From positions 28,464,437 to 28,528,436 of the forward strand of contig NC_092672.1 in the NCBI RefSeq assembly GCF_964355755.1: DNA of 64,000 bases, in the 5' to 3' direction. Both the position numbers and the translations under genes were made by a program. This DNA comes from Antedon mediterranea (lineage: Eukaryota; Animalia; Echinodermata). The notes under the pieces are model-generated. The model saw only the letters and a program-made list of their open reading frames with translations, searched no databases and was not told the DNA's origin. Below, in pieces: positions 51,101-63,605 of the stretch; position 1 is the first letter of the stretch; the number at the start of each line of letters is the position of its first letter.

Positions 51101-54100
51101 CATTGACATTTCTTAGTCCCTCCTACTGGACATTTGAGATTTCTTAGTCCCTCCTACTGGACATTGGGATTTCTTAGTCTCTCATAGTGGAAATTGAAAT
51201 TTCTTATAGTCCCTCCTACTGAACATTGACATTTCTTAGTCCCTCCTACAGAACATTGACATTTCTTAGTCCCTCCTACTGGACATTGGGATTTCTTAGT
51301 CCCTCCTAGTGGAAATTGAAATTTCTTATAGTCCCTCCTACTGAACATTGACATTTCTTAGTCCCTCTTACTGAACATTGAGATTACTTAGTCCCTCCTA
51401 CCAGACATTGACATTTCTTAGTCCCTCCTATTGGACATTTGAGATTTCTTAGTCCCTCCTACTGGACATTGGGATTTCTTAGTCCCTCCTACAGAACATT
51501 GACATTTCTTAGTCCCTCCTACTGGACATTGACATTTCTTAGTCCCTCCTACTGGACATTGACATTTCTTAGTCCCTTTTCTACTGGACATTGACATTTC
51601 TTAGTCCTTTTTCTACTGGACATTGACATTTCTTAGTCTTTCTACTAGACATTGACATTTTTAAGTCTCTCCTATCAAATAACTACAATGTAACTATGCA
51701 AAACAGAAAGTTTTACTACAGGGTATGTATCATGTATACTCTATTATGAATAACGAAGGATGAATGTGCTATTAAAGAGCGGAAACAGCGGAAATCATCA
51801 GGTATTGAAGTTCATATGGTATACTAATAGATTAGTGCACTAACAATATTTAAGAAAAACAATTTCATTGTGAGCGTGACACGAAAGGCTGTAAGTTACA
51901 GTATATTTTATATTTCTATAAAATTTCCTCTCAAGACTCTATGAAAAAACATTAACAAGTAACAAAACCGTGGGAACCACATGATACCGGATAATACAGA
52001 CTATGTTTGTTTGGCTGTACGTCAACAACTGAATAAAGAGCGATTGTCTATATTGAAAATGCGGATATCTATTATGATCATATGACATTGAACAACGCTG
52101 TTAGGATGTGAAGAAATGCTTAAATACGGATGTGAAACTTGTCTTGTCTTTACTAATGAAAGAGAAACATCAAGTTACTGATTGCTGAACAACAAGTACA
52201 AGATATTAAAAGAAAATCATTATGTTAAGAGGGTAAGTACATTTTAAAATTATATTAGTATAAGATTAGTTTTAGAATACTTAGCCGATACAGTATCATG
52301 TTTAGTGAGGTTAAACATCCTGCAGTATTGTGTGTGTTGACAGTAACAGGCGATACCATAGAATCTAACTCCTAAACATTACCTATAACCTTCTAAATAA
52401 TCTCTCACTATACTACAGTATCCCATGGGATAAAGGTTGCTGTCAGAAGACATGATACTACAGGATATTTAACATTATTAGACATGATACTTGTCATGTA
52501 TCGAGTAGACTACGAGTGTAGAATTGCCAAAAATAAGGATTAATATGGGAACGTGACATGAGGCATTCACACCAACAAATCATGTGATTTACCCTAAAGT
52601 GTAGTTTGCCACAAACTAGAGAGGAAACACAAAATGTCTTAAAAGTATTGCATAGTATGTTATAAAGAGCCATTCAGCTTTTTGTTGAGGTTTTTCTTTT
52701 AGGTATGTTATCCTCAATGTTAAAAATGCAGGACACTATTACAGGCTATAAGTAGCAGGTGCCTGATGTCGACTGTATAAAAACAATTAAACTTTTTTTC
52801 AGGTTTGAGACGTTTTTCCTCCTTGTCATACAACTTGCTGTCACTCAAGTATATTCAGCTCAAACTGATTCTGAAGCTTGTAATAGCTGTTGTACAGCTG
52901 GGGTTCCTGGCATTCCAGGAAATCATGGAAATCCAGGTGTACCAGGACCACAAGGAGTAAATGGAGAAAAAGGAATAAGAGGAGAACAAGGAGAGAAAGG
53001 AGAAGTGGGAATGAATGGAGAACAAGGAATAAATGGAGAACAAGGAATAAAAGGAGAACAAGGGATAAATGGCCAACAGGGAATAAAAGGAGAACAAGGA
53101 GAGAAAGGAGACAATGGAAGGAATGGTTTAGATGGGATTCCTGGTAAATCAGGACCAAAAGGACCTCAAGGCATCATTGGGCAACAAGGAGCAACAGGCC
53201 CTCAGGGCCTCAGTGGGCAACCTGGTGAAGTAGGAGTTCCAGGAGTACCAGGGGAAATTGGTCAAAAGGGGGAAAAGGGTGAAAAAGCTAATATTACTAG
53301 TCAGCACAAGTCTGCCTTTACAGCAGTTTTTAGATCAAACCCAGGTCAGCTTCCTATTAGCCCAATGAAGTATGACACAATAATTACTGATGTAGGAAAT
53401 CACTACAACATAAGCACAGGCAAGTTTGTCTGTGAAATTCCAGGTGTTTATGTATTTCAAGTTACATCAAGGACAAGTAGTGGTGATGGTTTTCTAACAC
53501 ACATCATAAAAAATGGGGATGTTAAAGTATCCATAAGGACGAGGGCTACTTATAGTTCTTCCAGCACAATGGTGATACTTGATCTAGGATCTGGTGATCA
53601 AGTATGGACTCAGCCAATAAATTTATACCATAACTATTACTACAGTGATAGTGAAGGATATTGCTCATTCTCAGGTTTCTTGCTTTATGCGGCATAAATT
53701 AACATACAAAGATGGCTCCAATGATGATAGAATACTAAGATAAACTAAATAAATAAATGTTAACTTTTAGTTAAACCAGTTGACAAGTACTTACTTGCTA
53801 CGTTTCAGCTACTTTCAGTAGCCTTGGTCATGCAAATGACCAAGGCTACATAATTCGGTGAATTGCGCCATCTCTCATCTGATGTTCAGCTTTCTGCTGG
53901 TGTCCCCCTTTGGATGCTCGGGTGGCCCTTTTTATTAAGTCATCGTAGATGTGGCTCAGTTCGTGCCCTCCCTGGTCTCTGTTGATGTTTGTATTTGTTT
54001 TTTCTTATCCAAATGGCTTCTTTTATTTTTCTTGATAAGTAGTGTTGTTCTTTGTCTAATATTTTTGTATTTTCAAAATCCGGTATGTGATTTTCTATGG

Positions 54101-54998
54101 TGGCGTGATCCGTGATAGCTGATTTGTGTAGAATTTTAGATTGTGAATGGCGAGCGCTCCTGGTTCTTGTCCCTACCGTATTTTTTTCCAAGTCTGTTTT
54201 GTGTTCTGTTATTCTTGTTTTTAATGCTCTGCCTGTTTCCCCTATGTATACCTTCTTGCAGTTGTGGCAACCTACTTGGTAGACTATACCACACTGTTGA
54301 TCTTTGTCAATCTTGTCTTTAGGATGAACGAGACTTTCTCTTAATTTGTTTTTGGGAGTGATATATGTATTTATATTCTGCTGCTTCAATGTTCTTCTTA
54401 GCCTTTGAGTCATCCCTTCGACGAGAGATGGCGCAATTCACCGAATTATGACGAATGACAGAACATCATGTCAACGTCATTTGCATGACCAAGGCTACTG
54501 AAAGTAGCTGAAACGTAGCAAGTAAGTACTTGTCAACTGGTTTAACTAAAAGTTAACATTTATTTATTTAATATCCATTGAAACCAGATGAAAAAAATTT
54601 TTTTGAGAATCTAAGATAAACTGTTTGTATTTTGTTTGGAAATTTATAAAAAAAGAATAATATAAAATATTCTGTAACTTTTAAAGCATTCAGCTAATTG
54701 AAAAAAGAATTAGTTGATATTTTAATAATAAGAAAATAAGTACTAAAAGTATAGCTGAAATACAAACATTATATAGAAAACAAGTACATATAGTTAAAGT
54801 AGCATGCATCTGTATAGTGGAAATTATCAAAATTGTGTTACGAGTTTACAAGACAGGTACAAGTGCCCATGTAAATGTGAAAGATTTTGAAAAAGTTATG
54901 AAGTATATTTTTAAACAGATTTAACTCCTCAGAATGCACTGTGACCCTTTCTCCCACTCCCCATTTTTTCCCTTCATTCATTAGGTACAAACAGCAAA

Positions 54999-55032
<34 letters not shown>

Positions 55033-58000
55033 TGGACCTACAGGATAGTCCTAATCTGTTGGATATCCATAGTTAAAAGAAGTAAGATAAATAATTACAG
55101 ATAGTTAAATTGAGTTGAACAATAAAATGTTTATATTGCAAAGAGTATAGCAATAAAAGTTAAATACTTTAAAATATGTTTATTTGCTTTAATACAATTC
55201 CTATTTATTCTAGGTCACATAAATGTTTGAACTTGAAACTTGCTACTGGACATTGACATTTATTAGTCCCTCGTACTGGACATTGATCTTTCTTAGTCCC
55301 TCCTACTGGACATTGACATTTCTTAGTCCCTCCTACTGGAATTTGACATTTCTTAGTTCCTCCTACTGGACATGACAATTCTTAGTCCCTCCTACTGGAC
55401 ATTGACATTTCTTAGTCCCTTTTCTACTGGACATTGACATTTTTTAGTCACTTTCCTACTGGACATTGACCTTTTTTAGTCTTTCTACTAGACACTGACA
55501 TTTTTAAGTCCCTCTATCAAATAACTACAATGTAACTATGCAATACAGAAAGTTTTACTACAGGGTAAGTATCATGTATACTCTATTATAAATAACGAAG
55601 GATGAATGTGCTATTAAAGAGCGGAAACAGCGGAAATCATCAGGTATTGAAGTTCATATGGTATCTAAAGATTAGTGCACTAGATGGTTAAAGCAATATT
55701 TATGAAAAACAATTCCATTGTTAGCGTGACAAGAAATGCAGATAAGTATACTTTATATTACTAAAATTTCCTCTCAAGACTATATTAAAAAACATTAACA
55801 AGTAACAAAACCAAGTTAACCACATGATACCGGATAATACAGACTATGTTTATTGTCTGTTATTTAAATGCGGGAATCTATTATGGCCATATAATATTTA
55901 ACAACGCTGTTAGGATGTAAAGAAATGCTTAAATACGGATGTGAAACTTGTCTTGTCTACACTAATGCAAGAGAAATATCAAGTTATTAATTGCTGAACA
56001 ACAAGTACAACTACAAGATATTAAAAGAAAATCATTATGTTAAGAGGGTAAGTACATTTTAATATTATATTAGTATAAGATTAGTTTTAGAATACTCCGC
56101 CGATTCTCAAACAGTATTATGTTTATAGTGAGGTTAAACAGGCCATACCATAGAATCTAACCTAAATACAGTATTACCTTAACCTCACTATACTATAGTA
56201 TCCCATGGGATAAAGGTTGCTGTCACAAGACATGATACTGCAGGATGTTTAACATTGTTAGACATGATACTCCTCATGTATCGAGTAGAATATTATTAGT
56301 GTAGAATTGCCAAAAATAAGTATTAATATGGGAATGTGACATGAGGCATTCACACCAACAAATCATGTGATTTAGCCTAGAGTGTAGTTTGCCACAAGAT
56401 TCAAGATTCAATTTATTGTCACATAATATACATGAAATTTGTTTTCCTGAGCTTAGAAACATAGATGCAATACAATTTAAAACACAATATAAAAACGTAA
56501 AACCTTAACTAATGATCTTGAAAAATGTACATTATATAGATGACAAGCATAATATGGGAAAAAAAGAGTCTCTAAAACAGTTGGTTTTAACTTTGCATTG
56601 CTGAATTCTACCAGATTTATTAAAACTTACAATACTATTTAGTGGATGAGTCACATCTTTATCCATTCTAATTTATTAAGAGCCGTTTTATCACAAAGAT
56701 TACCTATATACTTTCAATTTCTACGCCAATTACTTTACATGCTACTTTAGTTATTTTACATATTTGATTGATTTCTTCATAGTTAAATTTGAATAGCACT
56801 ACCAGGCAATACAACAGAACGTCATAACATATTTGATTACACTTTGGTAAAATAGAAACAGCGTATCTTGTCCAACATTAAATTTCTTAAGCTTCCTAAG
56901 AAAAAATAGGCGTTGACTAGCTTTAGCTTTATACTTTGGTTAGGCTTGTTCCAACTAAATTGATCGTCTATAGTTACACCCAAGTATTTGTGCTCTGTTG
57001 TTCTAGATACACATTCATTGTTAACAATTAATTGTTCTATATCTTTGTTGTTTCTCTTAAAGTCAAAAATCATTTCTTTAGTTTTCTTAGCATTTATAAT
57101 AAGATGATTGTCGGAGCACCATTTAATAACATGCACGACCTCATTTCTGTACGCAGTTTCATCATCTTTAGTTATAAGCCCTGTTACACACATATCATCA
57201 GCAAACTTAACTATATTACAGGAACTATCAAAACATCTCAAATTATACGTATATATAAGGAGTGGGGACAAGACAAATCCTTGTGGAGTACCGGTATTTG
57301 AAAATATCCAACTTGAAACATTATTTATAATCTTAACCCTTTGTGTTCGATTACTATTAATAGAGATATAAAAGGATGTACATTTAGATTCCTAAGCTTA
57401 TCTACTAACATATATGGTTGAATAGTGTTGAATGTTGAACTAAAGTCTAAAAATAAAGTTCTAGCATAGGATTTAGCTTAGTCTAAATGAGCCAAAACAG
57501 GATGTAAGATAGTTATCAGAGCGTTGTCAACACCTCATTTAGCACAGTAGGCAAATTTTTTTTCATCATCATTCGCGGTACTATATACGTACCATTTATT
57601 TGTATCAACAACAAAATAATACAGTATTTCTTTCACAAGAATATTTCTATAAACTTATTTGATACAAAACGGGTATGCAATGAGCCGAAGCTCTTAAACG
57701 CATTACCCTATAATACAGATATCTAATTAGCAAATAAAACAATAAAAGTACAAATAGAAATAAAAAGTAAAAGTAACAAAAGTGAACTCTACATGAGTGA
57801 GTATTTATTTATTAATAGTTGTTGTATTTCCTTTTTAAATTTTCCGATTTTAGTTTCACACTTTATGTTTTCAGGTAAACGGTTCCAAATATTTGCCCCT
57901 CTATAGGCAATACTTCTTTGTCCTATATTTGTTCTTTTTAGAGGAATACGGAAATCACTCTTCTTCCACGTACCATACTCATGTACAGATTCCATTTTTG

Positions 58001-61000
58001 TAAAAAAAGAGTTAAATGAAACTGGTAAATTGCCCATACGGAATTGAAACATAAATACAGCAGTGTACTTTTCATACAAGTCAAAAATATTCAATAGGTT
58101 TTTGTTATAGAATAAATTTGCTGATGGATTGATATGGATCTGCAAACATCTGTGTCTGCTTAATTATTAAAATATTCTTAATTAAAAAACTAGAAAGAAA
58201 CACAAAATGTCTTAAAGGTATTGCTAGTATGTTACAAAGAGCCATTCAGCTTTTTGTTGAGGTTTTTCTTTTTGGTATGTTATCCTCAATGTTAAAAATG
58301 CAGGACACTATTACAGGCTATAAGTAGCACTGATGTTGACTATATAAAAATAATTAAACTTTTTTTCAGGTTTAAGATGTTTTTCCTCCTTGTCATACAA
58401 CTTGCTGTCATTCAAGTATATTCAGCTCAAACTGATTCTGAAGCTTGTAATAGCTGTTGTACAGCTGGGGTTCCTGGCATTCCAGGAAATCCAGGTTTAT
58501 CAGGACCACAAGGAGTAAACGGAGAAAAGGGAATAAGAGGAGAACAAGGAGAGAAAGGAGGAGTGGGAATGAATGGAGAACAAGGAATAAATGGAGAACA
58601 AGGAATAAAAGGAGAACAAGGAGAGAAAGGAGACAATGGAAGGAATGGTTTAGATGGGATTCCTGGTAAATTAGGACCAAAAGGACCTCAAGGCATCATT
58701 GGGCAACAAGGAGCAACAGGCCCTCAAGGCCTCAGTGGGCAACCTGGTGAAGTAGGAGGTCCAGGAGTACCAGGGGCAATTGGTCAAAAAGGGGAAAAGG
58801 GTGACCAAGCTAATCTTACTAGTCAGCATAAGTCTGCTTTTACTGCTGTCTTTATATCAACCCCAGGTCAGCATTCTATTAGCCCAATGAAGTATGACAC
58901 ATTAATTACTGATGTAGGAAATCACTACAACATAAGCACAGGCAAGTTTGTCTGTGAAATTCCAGGTGTTTATGTATTTCAAGTTACATCAAGGGCAAGC
59001 GGTAGTGGTAATGGTTTTATAACACACATCATAAAAAATGGGAATATTCAAGTAACCACAATGGTGAAGGCTGCTTATAGTTCTTCCAGCACAATGGTGA
59101 TACTTGATCTAGTATCAGGTGATCAAGTATGGACTCAGCCATATAGTTCAGGCTTTAACTATTACTACAGTAATAGTGATGGATATTGCTCATTCTCAGG
59201 TTTCTTGCTTTATGCAGCATAAATTAACATACAAAGATGGTTCCAGTGATATTAGAATATAGTAACACATGTTTGTTTGTATTTTTTTAGAAATTTATAT
59301 AGAAAAGAATAATATAAAACATTTTACAACTTTTATAAAGTACTGAGCTAATTGCAAGCAAAATTAGTTATTTTGGTATATAATTACAAGGCAACTTAAG
59401 TACCGTACCAAAATTATATAGAAAAAAGTATATATAAATAGTGTATGCATAATCTGTATAGCATTTTTTTCTCCTTCGAGTCTGTGAATCATATGTGATC
59501 TGTTATAAAATGAATAAGAAATAAAAAAGCAAATGTACTAATTTGTTTGCATATAAAATAATCTATAACATTTTCTTAGACCAAAATGTTAAACATAATA
59601 TGTTCCTCAATTGTTAGTATATTAAAACTGAGATTATGTACTATTGTCTCCCCCATTTTTTTCCTTTCAAGTGACGTGAATTGGTATGAAATTAATATAT
59701 TAAAGCTGAGATTATGAACTATTGATGCTTGTCTAATGGTATGTCCATACTAGTCATAATAATAGGTTCTTATTCATCTATCAGTAGTAACTTATCATGA
59801 AAGATACATTAGGTACAAACAACAAATGATGTATACTGGACCTACAGGATAGTCCTAATCTGTTGGATATCCATAGTTAAAAGAAGTAAGATAAATAATT
59901 ACAGATAGTTAAATTGAGTTGAACAATAAAATGTTTTTGTTGCAAAGAGTATAGCAATAAAAGTTAAATACTTTAAAATATGTTTGTTTGCTTTAATACT
60001 TCCTATTTATTCTAGGTCACATAAATGTTTAAACTTGAAACTTGCTACTGGACATTGACATTTCTTAGTCCCTCCTACTGGACATTGACATTTCTTAGTC
60101 CCTCCTACTGAACATTTAGAATTCGTAGTCCCTCCTACTGGACATTGAGATTTCTTAGTCCCTCCTACTAGACATTGGGATTTCTTAGTCCCTCCTACTG
60201 GACATTGATATTTCTTAGTCCCCTTCCTACTGGACATTGACATTTCTTAGTCCCTCCTTCTGGACATTGATCTTTCTTAGTCCATCCTACTGGACATTGA
60301 CCTTTCTTAGTGTCCCACCTACTGGACATTGACCTTTCTTAGTCCCCCCTCCTACTGGACATTGACCGTTCTTAGTCCCCCTTCCTATTGGATATTGACA
60401 TTTCTTATTCCCTCCTATTGGACATTGGCATTTCTTAGTCCCTCCTACTGGACAGTGGCGGATCCAGGGGGAGGGGGGGGGGGTATGTAATAATCTATCT
60501 GTATCAAAGTTATGTATGACATAGCAAATACATGGATGAATCTTTCTTTATGCATTGTCTCATGTTTAGTGAAACCGGACACACTATTGGTGGTACCAAC
60601 ATCAAACTCTGGAGTTTTTCGGTCAAAAGGTTATCCTCATACCATCAATCATTGCTTTTGTTTGTTTCAAAATACTTAGTAGTATTAATAAAATGTTATA
60701 TGACTTTTGAAAATAATTATTAAATTAAAAATTAATTTAAAAAAACTAAAATGCTTCTAATGATCATCTCTATGTAAACAAACAAAATAGAGGGCGGTAT
60801 TTATAATTTTATAAACCCTGGTGTTGCTAGGTTTGTGTGAATGAGGTATCTCCGTAGTTTCTCGACGTTTCGAATGGTCACAAACCCTGGGTGTCTCTGG
60901 AGATGACTCCGGAGTTTTGGTGTGAAAGGGGCAAAAGACAAGACAGGAAACAATGCACCAACCACACCTAACCTGTTACATGACAGGACTTTAACCTCTG

Positions 61001-62949
61001 ACCTTAAGATGGACAGTACACAAGAATCAGTACAGTATAACAAAAATCACTAAATTGTTATTCGTTAATTTCAAAGCAATTATATTTGGTAAGTAAGCGT
61101 TAGTTTGTTAATTTCTTCTGGCCACCATAACTTACGATAACTTTAATGTCAGTGAGTGTGATTCCTTTGCCATGCTGAAGTTCACTAGGTATAGACACTT
61201 TTCTTTCTAGGCCTATGTGCACCATTGGCTATTAAGAAGATGGGTGAAGCAAAAGCATGCTAATATATAAATTCATACAATTAACTGGATGGGAAAATAT
61301 ACTAAATTTTGAATATAAAGCTGTCTATACTGTCAAACTTTATGTGACAAAAAATGCGATGTGCCCATATGGAAATGATGATGGTATATCACTACCATAT
61401 TTGGGCACATCACACTTTTTGTCAAACTAGTTTGATAGTGTATAATGTATTTGACACATAAATTTCAAGCTGGGAAATAGGAGAAATTGATTGTATATGT
61501 AATAGCTAAGTATTATTATGAAAATCATAAAACAATTAATAATAAACTAAATTCTAATTATTTTAATTAATTATTATTTTTCATATTTTTTTAGCAAAAA
61601 TTAGAGCGCTGTTTATATAGTTTATACAAATTATTAAATCAATTATTTATTATCAGCAGTTAAAGAATTACTTTATTTAGTGTATTAGCAATAGAAAATT
61701 GGTTTCATTTTTTGTAGCACAATAGGTTAACAATCATGTTTTTCCTTTTCATATCAAAGTAGAAATGAATAGCTAAATGTTAATATTAACATAACATAAA
61801 CTAAATCAAAGTTTTAAAGGATTAAAAGAGCATCTTGAACAGTGCCTTGAAGTGGTGTGGTAGTCACAAAAAGGGAGCTATTCCCTGTGTGGGCCATAGT
61901 GCTGTTTGCCCAATGTCTCTGCCAACCGTACTGGAGGCTACGTCCCTGTTAAAGGGAGTTACCCGAGATTCGACCGATGGGTGGCAAACCATTCTATTCC
62001 GTCAGACTGATATTACTGAGCAATTTACAATACAGCATTTCAAACAATATTTTGTTTTCAATCTTTGAAATGTTTTGGGCATACATTTTTTAAAACTGTG
62101 CATTATAGTGTAGATAATGTATTAATATTACTATTATAGTATGTAGTATTCAGCAAACTTAACTCTAAATATGCAACCCCAATGTCAACCATCTTTTGGG
62201 CATAAGTTTTTAGAACTGTGCATTATAGTGTAAATTAGCAAACTTACCTCTAAATATGCGACCTCATTGTCAACTTTTTCTTGATATCTTTTGTATACCT
62301 TCTTTTTGGCAATCATCGCTTCTTCATGCTGCATTTTTCTTGCTATTATCTAAAAAAACATGTAAATGATTGTTCATAAAACATGTATTGTCCCCCAAAG
62401 ATTCAACAAATCAGACTTTTAATAGGCCATTTTGCAGTTTTAATAAAGTTATTCATTTCTGTAGAAAAAAAAATTCACTTATAAAAAGACAAAATAAACA
62501 GTTAATTTTAACCAAAAACTGATTGTCTGACAGACAAGTAAAGTATTTTTTGCTTTAAATTACATTTTTGTCAGGTAAATAATTGTTTTCCCATCCAGTT
62601 TTTGGTCAAAATGAACTATTATGTGACATTAAAATGAAATATTCAACAACAAATTTAAAAAAAAATTATTTTTAAGGGGAACAATATATATTTAAGTAAA
62701 TAAATAAACAAACTGTTACAAAAATAAATAATACATCAACAAGAAAATAGCATTACATGTTTTTTTAATAATTATTATTAAATTTGAATAAAAAGTAAAT
62801 TATTTTCAAAATTTAAAAATTAATAAATGTTGGTATAAAATTACAAATAAATCTACACTTACTTCGTCCTTCTTCATTAATGCTAATTGCTCTTCTGTTA
62901 ATTGTCCTTGTCTCTGGTTTTCCTGAGACTGTAACTTTCGGGCAAGAAT
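42159..62949 (-). CDS. 3' portion of a CCDC50-like coiled-coil protein gene (5' exons beyond window)
   Basis: Phase-compatible GT-AG exons: 62863-62949 (ILARKLQSQE...MKKDE), 62248-62349 (IIARKMQHEE...YLE), 42850-43075 (DGQPIPEG...PPLPPP...RSLSEDG), 42159-42325 (Lys-rich tail, ...SFFGKKK*). Repeated xARKxQxxE motifs resemble the MIU-type repeats of CCDC50. Confidence 0.6.
43558..43758. mobile_element. MITE with internal ~30-bp AT-rich tandem repeat
   Basis: TIR gtggtcgtattcaccaatcacactta / taagtgtgaatggtgaatacggccac. Partial copy at ~14560-14705. Confidence 0.7.
44264..45198 (+). pseudogene. C1q/collagen-domain pseudogene (copy 1)
   Basis: Homologous to the intact copies from the splice acceptor to ...TTTATGCAGCATAA, but with several frameshifts and stops. 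The collagen region has an exact 72-bp triplication (~44384-44603). No upstream MLRG exon found. Confidence 0.88.
45411..45447 (-). ncRNA. Minimal type I hammerhead ribozyme (canonical core) in a Penelope-like 3' remnant
   Basis: Minus strand reads gca-CUGAUGA-a-gggc-uaguguu-gccc-GAAA-g-CUC-ugc: stem I gca/ugc, stem II gggc/gccc, palindromic AGCU stem III. Confidence 0.8.
45643..46262. mobile_element. PIF/Harbinger-like MITE inserted in the minisatellite
   Basis: Perfect TIR gggtatgttcagactcac / gtgagtctgaacataccc, inserted at the TTA of a repeat unit. Confidence 0.85.
46423..47290 (-). mobile_element. 5'-truncated CR1/L2-group LINE (ORF2 C-terminus, 3' UTR, (CTGAA)n tail)
   Basis: ORF pieces LVQPLLDYASPAW...LQTTQNKLVRFI and CPDYLS...HGYNTR...FYYNSIKYWNALP. 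AATAAA plus microsatellite tail at ~46423-46445. Confidence 0.85.
47930..49388 (+). CDS. Secreted C1q/TNF-related collagen-domain protein (copy 2), 2 exons
   Basis: Exon 1 47930-47940 (ATG TTA AGA GG|gtaagt), exon 2 48503-49388. Signal peptide, CNSCC motif, Gly-X-Y collagen, gC1q domain (SAFTA...YNISTGKFVCEIPGVYVF...LDLGSGDQVW...FSGFLLY). Confidence 0.93.
49438..50301 (-). mobile_element. Truncated Penelope-like element with inverted terminal segments and 12-bp TSD
   Basis: GIY-YIG ORF 49631-50104 (GIVYQVGCHNCKKVYIGETGR...SAITDH...KEAIWI). ~85-bp arms 49443-49530 and 50167-50255 are inverted. TSD ctaagataaact at 49426-49437 and 50302-50313. Confidence 0.9.
49486..49526 (-). ncRNA. Minimal hammerhead-like motif, G3-C8 variant
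   Basis: Minus strand reads uugc-GUGACCA-a-ggcuacu-gaa-aguagcu-GAAAC-GUA-gcaa. Sister motifs with A3 at 50172-50212 (+), 53795-53835 (-) and 54481-54521 (+). Confidence 0.6.
50908..51670. repeat. 30-bp minisatellite array 2 (~25 units)
   Basis: Same unit as array 1, with variant units. Confidence 0.95.
52222..53697 (+). CDS. Secreted C1q/collagen-domain protein (copy 3), 2 exons
   Basis: Exon 1 52222-52232, exon 2 52803-53697. Mature protein identical to copy 2. Confidence 0.93.
53747..54610 (-). mobile_element. Duplicated copy of the truncated Penelope-like insertion
   Basis: Same structure and TSD (53735-53746 and 54611-54622). ORF 53940-54413 has a few substitutions relative to 49631-50104. 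Confidence 0.9.
55242..55515. repeat. 30-bp minisatellite array 3 (~9 units)
   Basis: Same unit, located upstream of copy 4. Confidence 0.93.
56037..59222 (+). CDS. Secreted C1q/collagen-domain protein (copy 4), 2 exons
   Basis: Exon 1 56037-56047, exon 2 58370-59222. Shorter collagen region and divergent gC1q loops. Intron expanded by LINE fragments. Confidence 0.92.
56396..57560 (-). mobile_element. Degenerate Rex1/Babar-like LINE fragment
   Basis: RT motifs SPLLIYTY...KFADD..GLI..DETAYR...WCSDNHLIINAKKTKEMIFDF...HKYLGV. Tail aataaattgaatcttgaatcttg on minus at ~56396-56418. Confidence 0.85.
57595..58150 (-). mobile_element. Second LINE 3' fragment (L2/CR1 group)
   Basis: ORF 57789-58145 LLNIFDLY...LPVSFNSFF...HEYGT...SIAYRGANIWNRLP resembles a LINE ORF2 C-terminus. 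Confidence 0.75.
60044..60452. repeat. 30-bp minisatellite array 4, ending at a MITE terminus (cagtggcggatccaggggg)
   Basis: Same unit; no C1q gene follows. Confidence 0.93.
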
Positions 62950-63605
62950 CTGAAATAATCATGCGGTATTCATTATTACAGGAAAAATATGTAGAAAGCT
63001 AACATAGTAACATGTAAAGAAACATGTTCATAGTGTTTATTTAGCCTCAGGTATACCCAATGGGGTAATTCCCATACAATGGGGTAAATTCTCCCAAGAA
63101 GTTGGAGGATAAAGCAGATAAGCTAGGCCTTGAAAAATAGTGTAGTTTTTTTAGATACTGGGCCTCTTTTTAGGAAAAGCATGCTTTATTAATATTCAAA
63201 GTTATCCCCAGTGTTATTCCCCCTGATTATATTGCTGAGTTGGCAAAACACAGGGTAAATTGACAAATAGGGCCGAATAGGAATTTATTAATTTTCTTTA
63301 CAAATAGGGTCCTTACCTCCTGGTAAATAAATTGATACCACTACAACTAAATAACAATATTATAGAATTTAAAAAAAAAACCTATTTTTTGTTCAGGAAA
63401 AAAATTTCTTTTAAGGTCAAAAAATAAATTACCATCGAAATTACTATCGAAAATAATGTTCATAAGTTGGCACAAATTTACAATGTTGTATAAAAAGCAA
63501 TAGGCATAACAGAAATTTGCAGTGATTTTTGCCAAAATGAATTAAGAAAAAAAATTCCGAGCATGGGAATATGGTATGATTTTAAACACAATGATGATTT
63601 AATTA

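Noticed and set aside
50908-51670. 30-bp repeats as a CRISPR array
   Set aside because: Units are directly head-to-tail with no unique spacers, there are no cas genes, and the context is eukaryotic.
48471-58680. Overlapping ORFs on the collagen regions, and ORF-track starts 48471, 52759 and 58377
   Set aside because: The overlapping ORFs are frame shadows of Gly-X-Y codons. Starts 48471 and 52759 lie in introns and 58377 is an internal Met; a conserved upstream ATG exon explains the N-termini.
60780-61100. Possible transposase or other gene fragment
   Set aside because: No recognisable motif in any frame that I could support.
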